DNA of 64,000 nucleotides, taken from contig DATFHM010000073.1 of NCBI GenBank assembly GCA_035248385.1, positions 16,653-80,652 on the forward strand, written 5' to 3'. The notes below the pieces were generated by a model. It ran no database searches. It was not told where the DNA came from and saw only the letters and a list, made by a program, of their open reading frames with translations. Shown in pieces: positions 18,952-28,711 of the stretch. The stretch's first letter is position 1, and each line of letters starts with the position of its first letter. Source of the stretch: Nocardioides sp. Lineage in GTDB: Bacteria > Actinomycetota > Actinomycetes > Propionibacteriales > Nocardioidaceae. The translations under genes were made by a program, and so were the position numbers.

Positions 18952-20085
18952 GTGATCGACCGCGCGCTGTCGGCCCACGCCTGGACCGACCAGCTCGTCT
19001 CCGACGTGGAGCGACTCGTGCGCTGCGAGTCGCCGTCGGAGGACCTGGACGCGGTCGCCCGCAGCGCCGACGTCGTCGCCGAGCTCGGCACGGAGCGGCT
19101 CGGCGTCGCGCCCGAGCGCATCGTCATCGACGGACGCACCCACCTGCGGTGGCGGTTCGGGCGACCTACCCGCGTGCTGGTCCTGGGCCACCACGACACG
19201 GTGTGGCCGCTGGGATCGCTGGCCACCCATCCGTTCTCCGTGGTCGACGGGGTCATGCGCGGACCCGGCTGCTTCGACATGCTCGGCGGCGTCGCGATGG
19301 CCATCCACGCCATCGCCGCCCTCCCGGACCGCGACGGCGTCACGCTGCTCGTCACCGGCGACGAGGAGATCGGGTCGCCCTCCTCCCGCACGCTGATCGA
19401 GGACGAGGCCCGCGGCTGCGCGGCGGCCCTGGTGCTGGAGGCGGCCGGCCCGGGCGGCGCGCTGAAGACCGAGCGCAAGGGCGTCTCCTACTACGAGGTG
19501 ACGATCACCGGTCGCGCCGCGCACGCCGGGCTGGAGCCCGAGCGCGGCATCAACGCAGCCCTCGAGGCCGCCCACCAGATGACGCTGATCGCGGCCCTCG
19601 GCGACCCGTCGCTCGGTACGACGGTCACGCCGACCCGCGTCGAGGCGGGGACCACCCCCAACACCGTGCCCGCCGCCGCCCGGTTCGCGGTCGACGTGCG
19701 GGTGCGCGAGGAGCACGAGCAGCAGCGGGTGCACGCGGCGATGCAAGGGCTGCGCCCGCAGCACGCCGGGGCTCGGGTGGACGTCGCGGGCGGGCCGAAC
19801 CGGCCGCCGCTGGCCGGCTCCGCCTCGGCTGCGCTCTACGCGCGGGCGTGCACGCTGGCCGAGGGTCTCGGCCTCGGGCCGCTGTCGTCGGTCGCCGTCG
19901 GTGGTGCGTCCGACGGCAACTTCACCGCCGGCATGGGCACCCCGACGCTGGACGGCCTGGGCGCCGTCGGGGGTGGCGCGCACGCCGACGACGAGCACCT
20001 GCTGGTGGCCGAGCTGCCACGCCGGACCCGTCTCGTGGCGGCCCTGCTGACCGACCTGCTGTCCGAGACGGCGGGCACGTCGTGA
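18952..20085 (+). CDS. M20 metallopeptidase (carboxypeptidase G2-like; probable N-succinyl-L-amino acid desuccinylase)
   Basis: GHHDTVW, GPGCFDM, GDEEIGS, GGASDGN, GAHADDE; GGAGG RBS. Confidence 0.88.
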   Translation: MIDRALSAHAWTDQLVSDVERLVRCESPSEDLDAVARSADVVAELGTERLGVAPERIVIDGRTHLRWRFGRPTRVLVLGHHDTVWPLGSLATHPFSVVDGVMRGPGCFDMLGGVAMAIHAIAALPDRDGVTLLVTGDEEIGSPSSRTLIEDEARGCAAALVLEAAGPGGALKTERKGVSYYEVTITGRAAHAGLEPERGINAALEAAHQMTLIAALGDPSLGTTVTPTRVEAGTTPNTVPAAARFAVDVRVREEHEQQRVHAAMQGLRPQHAGARVDVAGGPNRPPLAGSASAALYARACTLAEGLGLGPLSSVAVGGASDGNFTAGMGTPTLDGLGAVGGGAHADDEHLLVAELPRRTRLVAALLTDLLSETAGTS

Positions 20086-20960
20086 GCGTCGAGACCGCGG
20101 CCGCCACGTCGGCGCTGGTCGGTCAGGCGTGGGCCGACGCCGACGCGGCGATCCGGCGCGCCCGGATCGACGTCCGCACCCTGGACACAGTGGCCGCCCT
20201 GACCGACGTACGCCGCCTCTTCGACCGCATCTGGCACACCGATCCGAGCAGCTCGCCGGTGCCCGCCGACCTGATGGTGGCGATGCGCAAGGCGGGCAGC
20301 TACGTGAGCGGTGCGTTCGACGGCGACGAGCTCGTGGGCGCCTGCCTCGGATTCTTCGGCGCGCCCGCGCACCAATTCCTGCACAGCCACATCGCCGGCG
20401 TGCTCCCCCACGTCCAGGGCCGCGACATCGGCTTCGCGCTCAAGCTGCACCAGCGCGCGTGGGCGGTCACCCGCGGGGCCTACGAGATCAGGTGGACCTA
20501 CGACCCGCTGATCCGCCGTAACGCCCACTTCAACCTGGCGAAGCTGGGCGCCGGCGTCGCGGAGTACCTCCCCGACTTCTACGGGCCGATCGACGACGGC
20601 GTGAACCACGGCGACGCGAGCGACCGGCTGCTGGTGCGGTGGGTGCTGGATGCGCCCACGACGGCGGCGGCCTGCCGCGGCGAGCACCCAGCCGTACGCC
20701 GGAACGGCGGCCAGCTCGCACTGGAGGTGTCCGCCGACGGGCGGCCCGTGGCCCATCCGGTGCGCGGCGACGTCGTGCTCGTCGGCGTACCGGCGGACAT
20801 CGAGGCGGTGCGGGCGGCTGATCCGCGGCTCGCCACGGAGTGGCGCTCGGCCGTGCGCGACGTGCTGGGCGGCCTGCTGGCCGACGGCGCGACCGTGCGC
20901 GGCTTCGACCGTGCGGGCTGGTACGTGCTGGACAGGGACGAGAGGACGGAGCAGTCGTGA
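20082..20960 (+). CDS. GNAT-family acyltransferase (probable D-amino acid N-succinyltransferase)
   Basis: LHSHIAGV..QGRDIGFALK, WTYDPL..RNAHFNL, SDRL; coupled to NSAR. Confidence 0.85.
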   Translation: MSVETAAATSALVGQAWADADAAIRRARIDVRTLDTVAALTDVRRLFDRIWHTDPSSSPVPADLMVAMRKAGSYVSGAFDGDELVGACLGFFGAPAHQFLHSHIAGVLPHVQGRDIGFALKLHQRAWAVTRGAYEIRWTYDPLIRRNAHFNLAKLGAGVAEYLPDFYGPIDDGVNHGDASDRLLVRWVLDAPTTAAACRGEHPAVRRNGGQLALEVSADGRPVAHPVRGDVVLVGVPADIEAVRAADPRLATEWRSAVRDVLGGLLADGATVRGFDRAGWYVLDRDERTEQS

Positions 20961-22063
20961 AGATCGTCGGGGTGGAGGCGCGGGTCGTCGCGATGCCGCT
21001 GGTGACGCCGTTCCGGACGTCCTTCGGCACCGAGACGGTGCGCGAGGCACTGCTGGTCAGGGTCGTCACCGACGACGCCGAGGGCTGGGGCGAGTGCGGC
21101 GCGGGGACCGGACCCTTCTACTCCCCGGAGCACACCCGGGGAGCGCTGGACGTGCTCGAGCACCACCTCGTGCCGGCCGTCGCCGCGGTCGCCGACCTCG
21201 ACGCGCACCGGGTCGCACCGGCGCTCGCCCACGTCAAGGGCCACCGGATGGCGAAGGCCGCGCTGGAGACGGCGGTCCTCGACGCGGACCTGCGCGCGCG
21301 GAGCGAGTCCTTCGCGCACGCGCTCGGGGCGGTCCGGTCGACAGTCCCCTGCGGGGTGTCGGTCGGCATCACCGGGTCGATCCCGGAGCTGCTCGACGTG
21401 GTGGGCGGCCACCTCGCGGAGGGCTACCTGCGGATCAAGCTGAAGATCGAGCCGGGGTGGGACGTCGAGCCGGTGCGCGCCGTACGGGAGCGGTTCGGGG
21501 ACGTGCCGCTCCAGGTCGACGCCAACACTGCCTACCGCCGGGGCGACGCGGGCCACCTCGCCCGGCTCGACCCGTTCGACCTGCTGCTCCTCGAGCAGCC
21601 GCTGCCCGAGGACGACCTGCTCGGGCACGCCGAGCTCGCCCGCGGCATCAGGACCCCGGTCTGCCTGGACGAGTCGATCGTCTCCGCGCGCGCGGCCGCG
21701 GACGCGATCGCGCTGGGGGCCTGCCGGATCGTCAACATCAAGCCCGGCCGGGTCGGCGGCTACCTCGAGGCGCGACGCATCCACGACGTGTGCGCGGCCC
21801 ACGGCGTACCGGTGTGGTGCGGGGGGATGCTCGAGACCGGCCTGGGGCGGGCGGCCAACCTGGCGCTCGCGGCGCTGCCGAACTTCCAGCTGCCCGGCGA
21901 CACGTCCGCCTCGGACCGCTACTACGCCACCGACCTCACCGAGCCGTTCGTGCTGGACGACGGGCACCTGCCCGTGCCCACCGGGCCGGGGATCGGGGCG
22001 ACTCCCCTGCCCAACGTGCTGGACGCGGTCACGGTGACGCAGCGGTGGCTGCCGCTGGGCTGA
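20957..22063 (+). CDS. menC: o-succinylbenzoate synthase / N-succinylamino acid racemase (NSAR/OSBS)
   Basis: PFRTSFG, RIKLKI, VDAN, EQP, LDES, NIKPGR, CGGMLE, GDTSAS. Confidence 0.92.
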   Translation: MKIVGVEARVVAMPLVTPFRTSFGTETVREALLVRVVTDDAEGWGECGAGTGPFYSPEHTRGALDVLEHHLVPAVAAVADLDAHRVAPALAHVKGHRMAKAALETAVLDADLRARSESFAHALGAVRSTVPCGVSVGITGSIPELLDVVGGHLAEGYLRIKLKIEPGWDVEPVRAVRERFGDVPLQVDANTAYRRGDAGHLARLDPFDLLLLEQPLPEDDLLGHAELARGIRTPVCLDESIVSARAAADAIALGACRIVNIKPGRVGGYLEARRIHDVCAAHGVPVWCGGMLETGLGRAANLALAALPNFQLPGDTSASDRYYATDLTEPFVLDDGHLPVPTGPGIGATPLPNVLDAVTVTQRWLPLG

Positions 22064-22072
22064 GCCCAAGCG

Positions 22073-22148
22073 CCGTACGAAGCGACGAATCCCTGCCATG
22101 ATTTCGTCGTGCACGACGAACGCCGTGGGACCGCTCCCGCACTAGCGT
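22073..22148 (+). promoter_or_regulatory. Putative PucR operator pair and -10 box
   Basis: Perfect 18-bp palindrome TTCGTCGTGCACGACGAA (22103-22120), upstream GACGAA (22084-22089), TAGCGT at 22143. Confidence 0.65.
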
Positions 22149-22155
22149 CGGCCGC

Positions 22156-23835
22156 GTGACGATGGCCGACCTCCCCCGCGCCGGTCTGGCGCGCGTGCTC
22201 GAGGAGATCGGGCCGACGCTGCTGGCGGTCGTGTGCGGCGAGGTGCCGTCGACGGAGATCGGGGGCGTCGTCGTCCTCGACCCGCTCGACGAGCCAGAGC
22301 TCCCCGACGGCGCGCTCGTGCTGGGTGTGGGGCTGCACGGGAGCGCCGTCGCGGAGGCGGTACGCCGGCTCGGCCCTCGCGGGGCCGTGGGGCTGGTCGT
22401 GCGGGCTCCGGTCGAGGCCACCGACGAGCTGCGCGTGGCCGCGCGGGAGACCGGCACGGCCGTGCTCGCGCTGGCCCGGGGCGCCGGCTGGAACCACCTG
22501 GCCAGCATGGTGCGGACCCTCACCGATGATGCGCCCCTGCTCGACGGAGCGACCGAAGGTCCGCTGCCGCGCTCGGGCGCCGGCCTGCGCCAGGTCGTCG
22601 GCTACCAGTCCGGCCTCGACGACCTCTTCGCCGTCGCCAACGCGATCGCGGCTCTCGTCGACGCACCGGTCACCATCGAGGACCGCAGCTCACGGCTGCT
22701 CGCGTTCTCCGGCCGGCAGGAGGACGCCGACGTCTGGCGGGTGCAGACCATCCTGCGCCGGCAGGTGCCCGAGCAGTACACCCGGGTGCTGGAGAAGCAG
22801 GGCGTCTTCCGGCAGATCTACCGCAGCACGCGGCCCGTCTTCGTGCCGCCGATCAGCTCAGGCGAGCCCGGTGGCCAGGGGCGGATGGCGATCGCCGTCC
22901 GCGCCGGCGACGAGATCCTCGGAACCATCTGGGTCGTCGCCGCCGAGCCGTTCAGCGACGAGCGCGCCGACGCCCTCTTCGAGGCCGCGAAGCTGGTCGC
23001 GATGCACCTGGTCTGGCAGCGCGCGGACGCCGACGTGGAGCGCCGGCTGCGGGCGGAGCTGTTGAGCAGCGTGCTGGAGAGCGGGCCGCGCACCGCCGAG
23101 AGCATGGGCCGGCTCGGGCTGAAGGACGAGCCGGCCGTTGTCCTCGCGCTGACCGTGGTCGGCGGCAGCGCCGACCACCCGCTGCCCGCGCAGCTCGCCG
23201 TCGAGCGCAAGCGGGTGGCGGACGCGTTCGCGCTGCACCTGACGGCCGTCCACCCGCGCAGCGCGGTCGGGCTGGTGGGCGACGTCGCCTACGCGATCCT
23301 GCCGGTCGCGCATGGGCGCAAGGACGGCGAGGAGCGCGCCGGGGCGATCGCCGCTGAGTTCCTCTCCCGGATCGACTCGCCGCTGCGCCCGATCGTCGGC
23401 GTGGGGCCGCTCGCCTCCGGCAGCGCCGGCTTCCAGCGCTCCCGGTCCGGTGCCGACCGGGCGCTGCGCGTGCTGCGCTCACGCCGTTCCGGCAGCCAGG
23501 TCGCGCGGCTCGACGACGTCCACCTCGAGGCGCTCCTCCTCGAGCTCGCCGACCTGGTCCCGAGGGGCGACATCCCCAGCGGTCCGGTGGCCCGCATCGC
23601 GGCGTACGACCGCGCGCACCAGAGCAGCCTGCTCGAGACGCTGCGGGCCTGGCTCGACGCGCTCGGCGACGTCGGTGTCGCGTCGGCCGCGATGTTCGTG
23701 CACACCAACACCTTCCGCTACCGGCTGCGGCGGGTCGCGGAGGTCGGTCAGCTCGACCTGGACGACCCGAACGCCCGGCTCGCGGCGATGCTCCAGCTGC
23801 GGCTGATGGACCTCAGCACGTCCTCGGTGGAGTGA
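22156..23835 (+). CDS. PucR/CdaR-family transcriptional regulator
   Basis: C-terminal HTH LLETLRAWLD...FVHTNTFRYRLRRV; GAF-like middle region. Confidence 0.9.
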   Translation: MTMADLPRAGLARVLEEIGPTLLAVVCGEVPSTEIGGVVVLDPLDEPELPDGALVLGVGLHGSAVAEAVRRLGPRGAVGLVVRAPVEATDELRVAARETGTAVLALARGAGWNHLASMVRTLTDDAPLLDGATEGPLPRSGAGLRQVVGYQSGLDDLFAVANAIAALVDAPVTIEDRSSRLLAFSGRQEDADVWRVQTILRRQVPEQYTRVLEKQGVFRQIYRSTRPVFVPPISSGEPGGQGRMAIAVRAGDEILGTIWVVAAEPFSDERADALFEAAKLVAMHLVWQRADADVERRLRAELLSSVLESGPRTAESMGRLGLKDEPAVVLALTVVGGSADHPLPAQLAVERKRVADAFALHLTAVHPRSAVGLVGDVAYAILPVAHGRKDGEERAGAIAAEFLSRIDSPLRPIVGVGPLASGSAGFQRSRSGADRALRVLRSRRSGSQVARLDDVHLEALLLELADLVPRGDIPSGPVARIAAYDRAHQSSLLETLRAWLDALGDVGVASAAMFVHTNTFRYRLRRVAEVGQLDLDDPNARLAAMLQLRLMDLSTSSVE

Positions 23836-26812
23836 GACCGAGCTGCTGCACCAGGAAGCCGAGCCACTCGACGTCCTGGGCCAGCAGCACGTTGGGGTCG
23901 GTCGCCGCGCCGTGGCCGGCGTCCTCGAAGACGTGCACCAGGATCGGGGCGTCCCCCCGCTGGGCGGCCTGCAACCGGGCGACGAACTTCCGGGCGTGCC
24001 ACGGCCGGCAGCGCGGATCGTTGGCGCCCGCCTGCACGTAGACCGCAGGGAACCGCCGCGGCTGGATCAGCTCGTACGGCGAGCGGCCGGCCATCCGGCG
24101 TACGTCCTCGGGGTCGTCGGGGTCGCCCCACGCCTTGCGGATCACGAACTCCAAGTAGGGGTCGCGCATCCCGGCGACCAGGTCGAGCAGCGGCGCACGC
24201 GGCAGGACCGCCCGCCAGAGGTCGGGCCTGGTCGTCACCGCGACCCCGCACATCAGGCCGCCGTCGGAGCCGCCGGTGACGGCTAGCCGGTCGCTGGTGG
24301 TGCGACCCGTGGCCAGCAGGTGCTCGGCCACCGCCACGAGGTCGTCGTCGCGGACGTGCTTGGTCTCCCGGTGGGCCGCGAGGTACCAGTCGCGCCCGAG
24401 CTCGCCGCCGCCGCGGAGGTAGGCCTGGACGAGGGTGCCGCCGGCGGCGACGTACGCGGCGAGGTCGGGTTGGTACTGCGGCAGCGTGGGCACGTTCGCG
24501 GCGCCGTACGCCGAGATCAGGGTGGGGGCGGGCCCGCTCGGCTTGCGCGCGGGGCGGACCAGGTGGAAGGGCACGGGCGTGCCGTCGGCGGCCGGGGCGG
24601 AGCCGACCTCGACCACGGCATCGAGGGTGACCTCCGGCGGCTGCAGCGTCTCGATCGCGTCCGCGCCGGGGCGGTGGAGGTAGGTGCCCCAGGAGCTGGT
24701 GAGCGTCGAGAAGCCGAAGACGTACGCCGGCGCCGGCGGGCCGCTCGCGAGGCCGGTGAGCGGGAAGAAGGGGGCCGCGATCGCACCGTCGGCCGGGAGC
24801 GGGACGTCCTGCCTGACTGCGCCATCGGCGTCGAGCACGCGCACCCGCGCGAACGTGTCCTGGAACCCGGCCAGGTAGAGCACGTCGCCGACCGGGGTGA
24901 GCGAGCGCAGCACCGACCCGCTCTCCGGGACCACCTCCTCCCAGGCCGCCGGATCGCCCGGCGAGGACGAGTCGAGCGGGATCGCCACGACCCGGCCGTT
25001 GGCCGCACCGACGTCCGTGACCGCGACGTACCGGTCGCCGACCACGTGCCCGGCGACCGTGCCCGTGCACTCGGTGACGAACGGCCGCCACCCCGAACCC
25101 GGGTCGGCGAGGTCGCGCACCGCGACCGGCACCGGGCTGCCGATCCGGTGGCTCGCGACCAGCCAGCGACCGTCGGGTGAGGGCTGGACGAGGGTGTACT
25201 CCCGGGACCCTGCGGGCACGGGCACCGGCTCGACCGTGGTCACGCCGGTTCGTAGGTCGTGGTGGAAGACCGCCTGCTCGAAGTCCTCCGGAGCACCGGT
25301 GAGGGCGAAGAACCAGAAGCCGGCGCTGTCCGCGCTCCAGCTGGCGCCACCCGCCCACGCGCTGTGCAGCACCTGCGGCGGGGCGGGCAGCAGCGTCCCG
25401 TCGGCGACGTCGACCAGGCGGATCGTGTTGTGCTCGCTGCCGTCGGTGCAGGCGCCCGCCGCCACGACCCGTCCGTCGGGCGAGGGCGCCAGCCAGGACA
25501 GCACCGCGGTCGTCCCGGCGTCGACCAGGTCGGCGACGACCGTGATCGTCCGGCCGGCACCGAGGGGATGATCGGCCACCACGAGCCGGCCGTCGTCCGC
25601 GCGGAACCACCGCCCGGCGGCGTACCGCGGGAGCTCGGGTCGCGCGCCGGCGTCGTACCTCTCGACGAGGCGGCGGAGGGCGGCCCGGTCCTGGTCTCCC
25701 AGGATCGTCGCGGTAGCGAGGTCGGCCTGCCGTCGCTGCCAGGCGTGCACCTCGTCGTCCTCGGCCTCGAGCCAGCGGTACGGATCCGGCACCGGTACGC
25801 CGGCCGGGTGGTCCACCACGTCCACCGTCCGGGTCACGGGGTAGCGAGCCAGCTCGGCCTGCAGCCGCTCGAAGGCGCCCGGCACCCGGTGGACCGTGCC
25901 GAGGTCGACGACGGCGTCGTACCCCGTGCCGGGCTCGGCCACCGCCACGCCCTCCTCCAGCGTCACGTCCCAGTCGTAGGGCCGCGGCGAGCGCTCGGTG
26001 ATCCGCACGGACGGCCCTGAGGCATAGCGGGTGCCGATCACCACGAGGCCCTCGCCGAGGACGGGCGCGAGCAGGCCCCCGAGCGTCGGGCGCCCGTCGA
26101 CGGGGTCGCGCTGCACGTGACCGTCGTGGGCGCTGACCAGGATCCGCGACTCACGCTCGAGGACCCAGCGGACGGTGTCGGCCATGAAGACCTCGCGCGG
26201 GTACGGCCCATCGCCGAGCGGGCCCTGCTCGGCCGCGAAGGCGTCGAGGGACGCCGCCAGCCGCTCCGCCACCGGGTCGCCGGTACGCCGTCCCCGCTCC
26301 GCCAGACCGCCCAGGTCGTCGAGGAGCGTGGCCCGCTCGGCCGGGTCCAGCGCGGCCCACCGGACCGCCGCTTCCGCCCGGCGCCCCAGGTCGCTGCGGC
26401 GGAGCAGGGCGCCGTCGCCGGGCTCGCCGGCCACGCGTTCCAGCAGCGCACGCACGGCCGGGCCGGGTGAGGTGCCGTCGCCGGCCAGGTCCATGCCGTA
26501 GGCGTGGACGCCCGCGTCGCGCATCCACGCCAGCATCCGCTGGACCTCGGTGCTGTGCCCGAAGTCGTAGGAGATGGACGCGACCGCCACGTCCTCGACG
26601 CGGCCCGGTCCCCCGCGCAGCCAGGCGTCCAGCACCAGGCCCTCGGCGAATCCCGACTCCACCACCAGCGCCGTCACGCCCTGCCCGACGAGGTCGGCGA
26701 GCAGCCGGGACCGCAGCTCGTGCAGCTCCACCACGTTGTGCGCGGCCTCGCCGACAGCGACGACCCGTGCGCCGCCGACGACAGCACGGAGGTGGGCCAG
26801 GTCCACCGTCAT
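23813..26812 (-). CDS. Fusion protein: erythromycin-esterase-like domain + prolyl oligopeptidase (S9A)
   Basis: N-terminal VAVGEAAH, ESGFAEG, AHDGHVQ; C-terminal PDPYRWLE, RGGGELG, GGSDGG, NDPRC, GHG. Confidence 0.85.
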   Translation of the reverse strand: MTVDLAHLRAVVGGARVVAVGEAAHNVVELHELRSRLLADLVGQGVTALVVESGFAEGLVLDAWLRGGPGRVEDVAVASISYDFGHSTEVQRMLAWMRDAGVHAYGMDLAGDGTSPGPAVRALLERVAGEPGDGALLRRSDLGRRAEAAVRWAALDPAERATLLDDLGGLAERGRRTGDPVAERLAASLDAFAAEQGPLGDGPYPREVFMADTVRWVLERESRILVSAHDGHVQRDPVDGRPTLGGLLAPVLGEGLVVIGTRYASGPSVRITERSPRPYDWDVTLEEGVAVAEPGTGYDAVVDLGTVHRVPGAFERLQAELARYPVTRTVDVVDHPAGVPVPDPYRWLEAEDDEVHAWQRRQADLATATILGDQDRAALRRLVERYDAGARPELPRYAAGRWFRADDGRLVVADHPLGAGRTITVVADLVDAGTTAVLSWLAPSPDGRVVAAGACTDGSEHNTIRLVDVADGTLLPAPPQVLHSAWAGGASWSADSAGFWFFALTGAPEDFEQAVFHHDLRTGVTTVEPVPVPAGSREYTLVQPSPDGRWLVASHRIGSPVPVAVRDLADPGSGWRPFVTECTGTVAGHVVGDRYVAVTDVGAANGRVVAIPLDSSSPGDPAAWEEVVPESGSVLRSLTPVGDVLYLAGFQDTFARVRVLDADGAVRQDVPLPADGAIAAPFFPLTGLASGPPAPAYVFGFSTLTSSWGTYLHRPGADAIETLQPPEVTLDAVVEVGSAPAADGTPVPFHLVRPARKPSGPAPTLISAYGAANVPTLPQYQPDLAAYVAAGGTLVQAYLRGGGELGRDWYLAAHRETKHVRDDDLVAVAEHLLATGRTTSDRLAVTGGSDGGLMCGVAVTTRPDLWRAVLPRAPLLDLVAGMRDPYLEFVIRKAWGDPDDPEDVRRMAGRSPYELIQPRRFPAVYVQAGANDPRCRPWHARKFVARLQAAQRGDAPILVHVFEDAGHGAATDPNVLLAQDVEWLGFLVQQLGLTPPRTC

Positions 26813-26825
26813 CCGACTGCCACCC

Positions 26826-28679
26826 TCAGCCGTGGAAGTACCACAGCTCCGGGCTGTACACGAAGCTCAGCAGCGCCCCGAACGACGCGGGCGGGCCGGA
26901 GAGCGAGGACTTCCACACCACCAGGGTGTCCGGTGTCGGCAGGAAGAGCACGGGCAGGTCCTTGCCGAGGAAGGTGATCTCCGCGGAGAGCGCCTTCGGG
27001 TCGGCGCCGAACGTCGAGGCGTTGATCAGCCGGTCGGCCTCTGGGTTGCTGTAGCTGCCCAGGTTGAAGCTGCCCGTGGTGTTGAAGACGGTGTTGCTGG
27101 TCGGGTAGCCGGCCGCCTGGTAGAGCGGCCCGTAGTCCTGCATCGCCCAGTCGTTCTTCTTCGCGGGCGCGTACGGGTTGCCGTAGTTCGCGTACATGTA
27201 GTTGAGCGACTTGGTGAAGACGGTGACCTTGATCCCCAGCTTCTTGGCCTGCGACGCGAACGCGATGTCGCGCGCTCCGACGTACGCCGGGGTGTTGGCG
27301 GAGGCGAGGTTGAAGCTGATGGTCTGGCCGGCGGGGATGCCCGCACCGCACTGGGTCGACCCGGTGCCGGGGTGCTCGCACGTGGTGGTGCCGTTCGGCA
27401 CGACGCTCCAGCCGTGGTCGGTCAGCAGCTTCGTCGCCGCCGCCGGGTCGAAGGGGTACGGCGCGCTCGTGCCGTACGCCGGCGGGTACGGCGAGTCCGC
27501 GCCGGCCGGCGTGTAGTTCGTCGACCCGGCGCCGTTGTAGACCCCGCGGCTCCTGATGTAGCCCGGCTGGTCGATCAGGTGCTGCAGCGCCTGCCGCACG
27601 TAGGGCTGCGCGGCCAGCTTGTCGAAGTTGTTCACCGTGTTCTCGAAGTTGATCGTCAGGGGGTCGAACCGGGCGGGCGCCGGCGCGCCGAACACGTGGT
27701 AGCCCTTGGCCTCGAGGTCGCCGATCTGCGAGACGAAGGTGGAGTCCAGGGTCCCGACGTCGAGGGTGCCCGCCTTGTACTGGTTGAGCACGGCGGCATC
27801 GGACGTGAACGCCTTGAAGGTCACCTTGTCGAGCCGGTTGTCGCCCGGCCCGCTGTAGGAGCGGTTCGGCACCAGCGAGTAGGAGCCCGTCGTGGGGTCG
27901 AAGCTCTGCAGCTGGAAGGGCCCGTTGACCACCTTCCACAGCGGGTTCGTCGCGTACGTCGCCTGCGACTCGGCCTGCTTGGTGAGGTAGTCGTAGATCG
28001 CCTTGGCGTTGGTGCGCCGGGTGTAGTCGAGGTGCGGACCGCCGGTGCGCGCGATGCTCCAGTCCGCCGACGGCATCACGTAGAGCAGCTCGAGCACGGA
28101 CAGCAGGTACGACGGGTTGTAGGCCCGGGTCAGGTGCAGGGTGAGCGTCGTCGGGTCCGTCGCTTCGGCGGTGACACCGTCGGGGAACTGCCCGGGCGTG
28201 TAGAAGCTCCAGTTGGCGGGGCTCTCGGCCAGCGCCGCCTTGAGCAGGGCGAGCGAGAAGACCACGTCACCGGCGACCACCGGCTTGCCGTTGGACCACC
28301 GGTAGTCCTTGAGCTTGATCGTCACGGTCCTCCGGTCCGCGCTGTATGTCGGCAGCTCGGCCAGGCTCAGCTCCGGGTCGACCTCGCGGGGCCCGTAGCC
28401 GCTGGGCCGGTAGAGCGGTCGCCACAGCTGGCCGCGGGCGATGACGGTGCCGCTCTCGGAGGCCGGCGGGTAGGGGTAGATGTAGTTCGGGTTGAGGCCG
28501 GGCGTCAGGGCGATGGTGATGCTGCCGCCGGACTTCGGGTTGCCGACCTGCGACGGGAGGGTCTGGAAGCCGGCGGTCGAGGTGCCACCACCGCCGGAGC
28601 AGGCGGCGAGCGTGCCTGCGGTGGCGAGCGCGACGGCGCCGGCCAGTGCGCGGCGGAGGCGAGGGGTGGGACGGGTCAT
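26826..28679 (-). CDS. Peptide ABC transporter substrate-binding lipoprotein (OppA/DppA family)
   Basis: Lipobox LAAC; WSNGKPVVAGDVVFS, VNGPF, VRQALQ. Confidence 0.9.
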   Translation of the reverse strand: MTRPTPRLRRALAGAVALATAGTLAACSGGGGTSTAGFQTLPSQVGNPKSGGSITIALTPGLNPNYIYPYPPASESGTVIARGQLWRPLYRPSGYGPREVDPELSLAELPTYSADRRTVTIKLKDYRWSNGKPVVAGDVVFSLALLKAALAESPANWSFYTPGQFPDGVTAEATDPTTLTLHLTRAYNPSYLLSVLELLYVMPSADWSIARTGGPHLDYTRRTNAKAIYDYLTKQAESQATYATNPLWKVVNGPFQLQSFDPTTGSYSLVPNRSYSGPGDNRLDKVTFKAFTSDAAVLNQYKAGTLDVGTLDSTFVSQIGDLEAKGYHVFGAPAPARFDPLTINFENTVNNFDKLAAQPYVRQALQHLIDQPGYIRSRGVYNGAGSTNYTPAGADSPYPPAYGTSAPYPFDPAAATKLLTDHGWSVVPNGTTTCEHPGTGSTQCGAGIPAGQTISFNLASANTPAYVGARDIAFASQAKKLGIKVTVFTKSLNYMYANYGNPYAPAKKNDWAMQDYGPLYQAAGYPTSNTVFNTTGSFNLGSYSNPEADRLINASTFGADPKALSAEITFLGKDLPVLFLPTPDTLVVWKSSLSGPPASFGALLSFVYSPELWYFHG

Positions 28680-28711
28680 GACGGTCTCCTGGTGATGGGT
28701 GGTCGGGGCCG

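Noticed and set aside
16449-20960. 1503-aa plus-strand ORF
   Set aside because: Shadow frame of pepN and the M20 gene; only 20082-20960 (GNAT) is real.
20957-22063. Menaquinone biosynthesis operon
   Set aside because: No other men genes; GNAT/M20 context indicates a racemase role.
23813-26812. POP domain as a RiPP macrocyclase
   Set aside because: No plausible precursor peptide or RiPP-modifying enzymes nearby.
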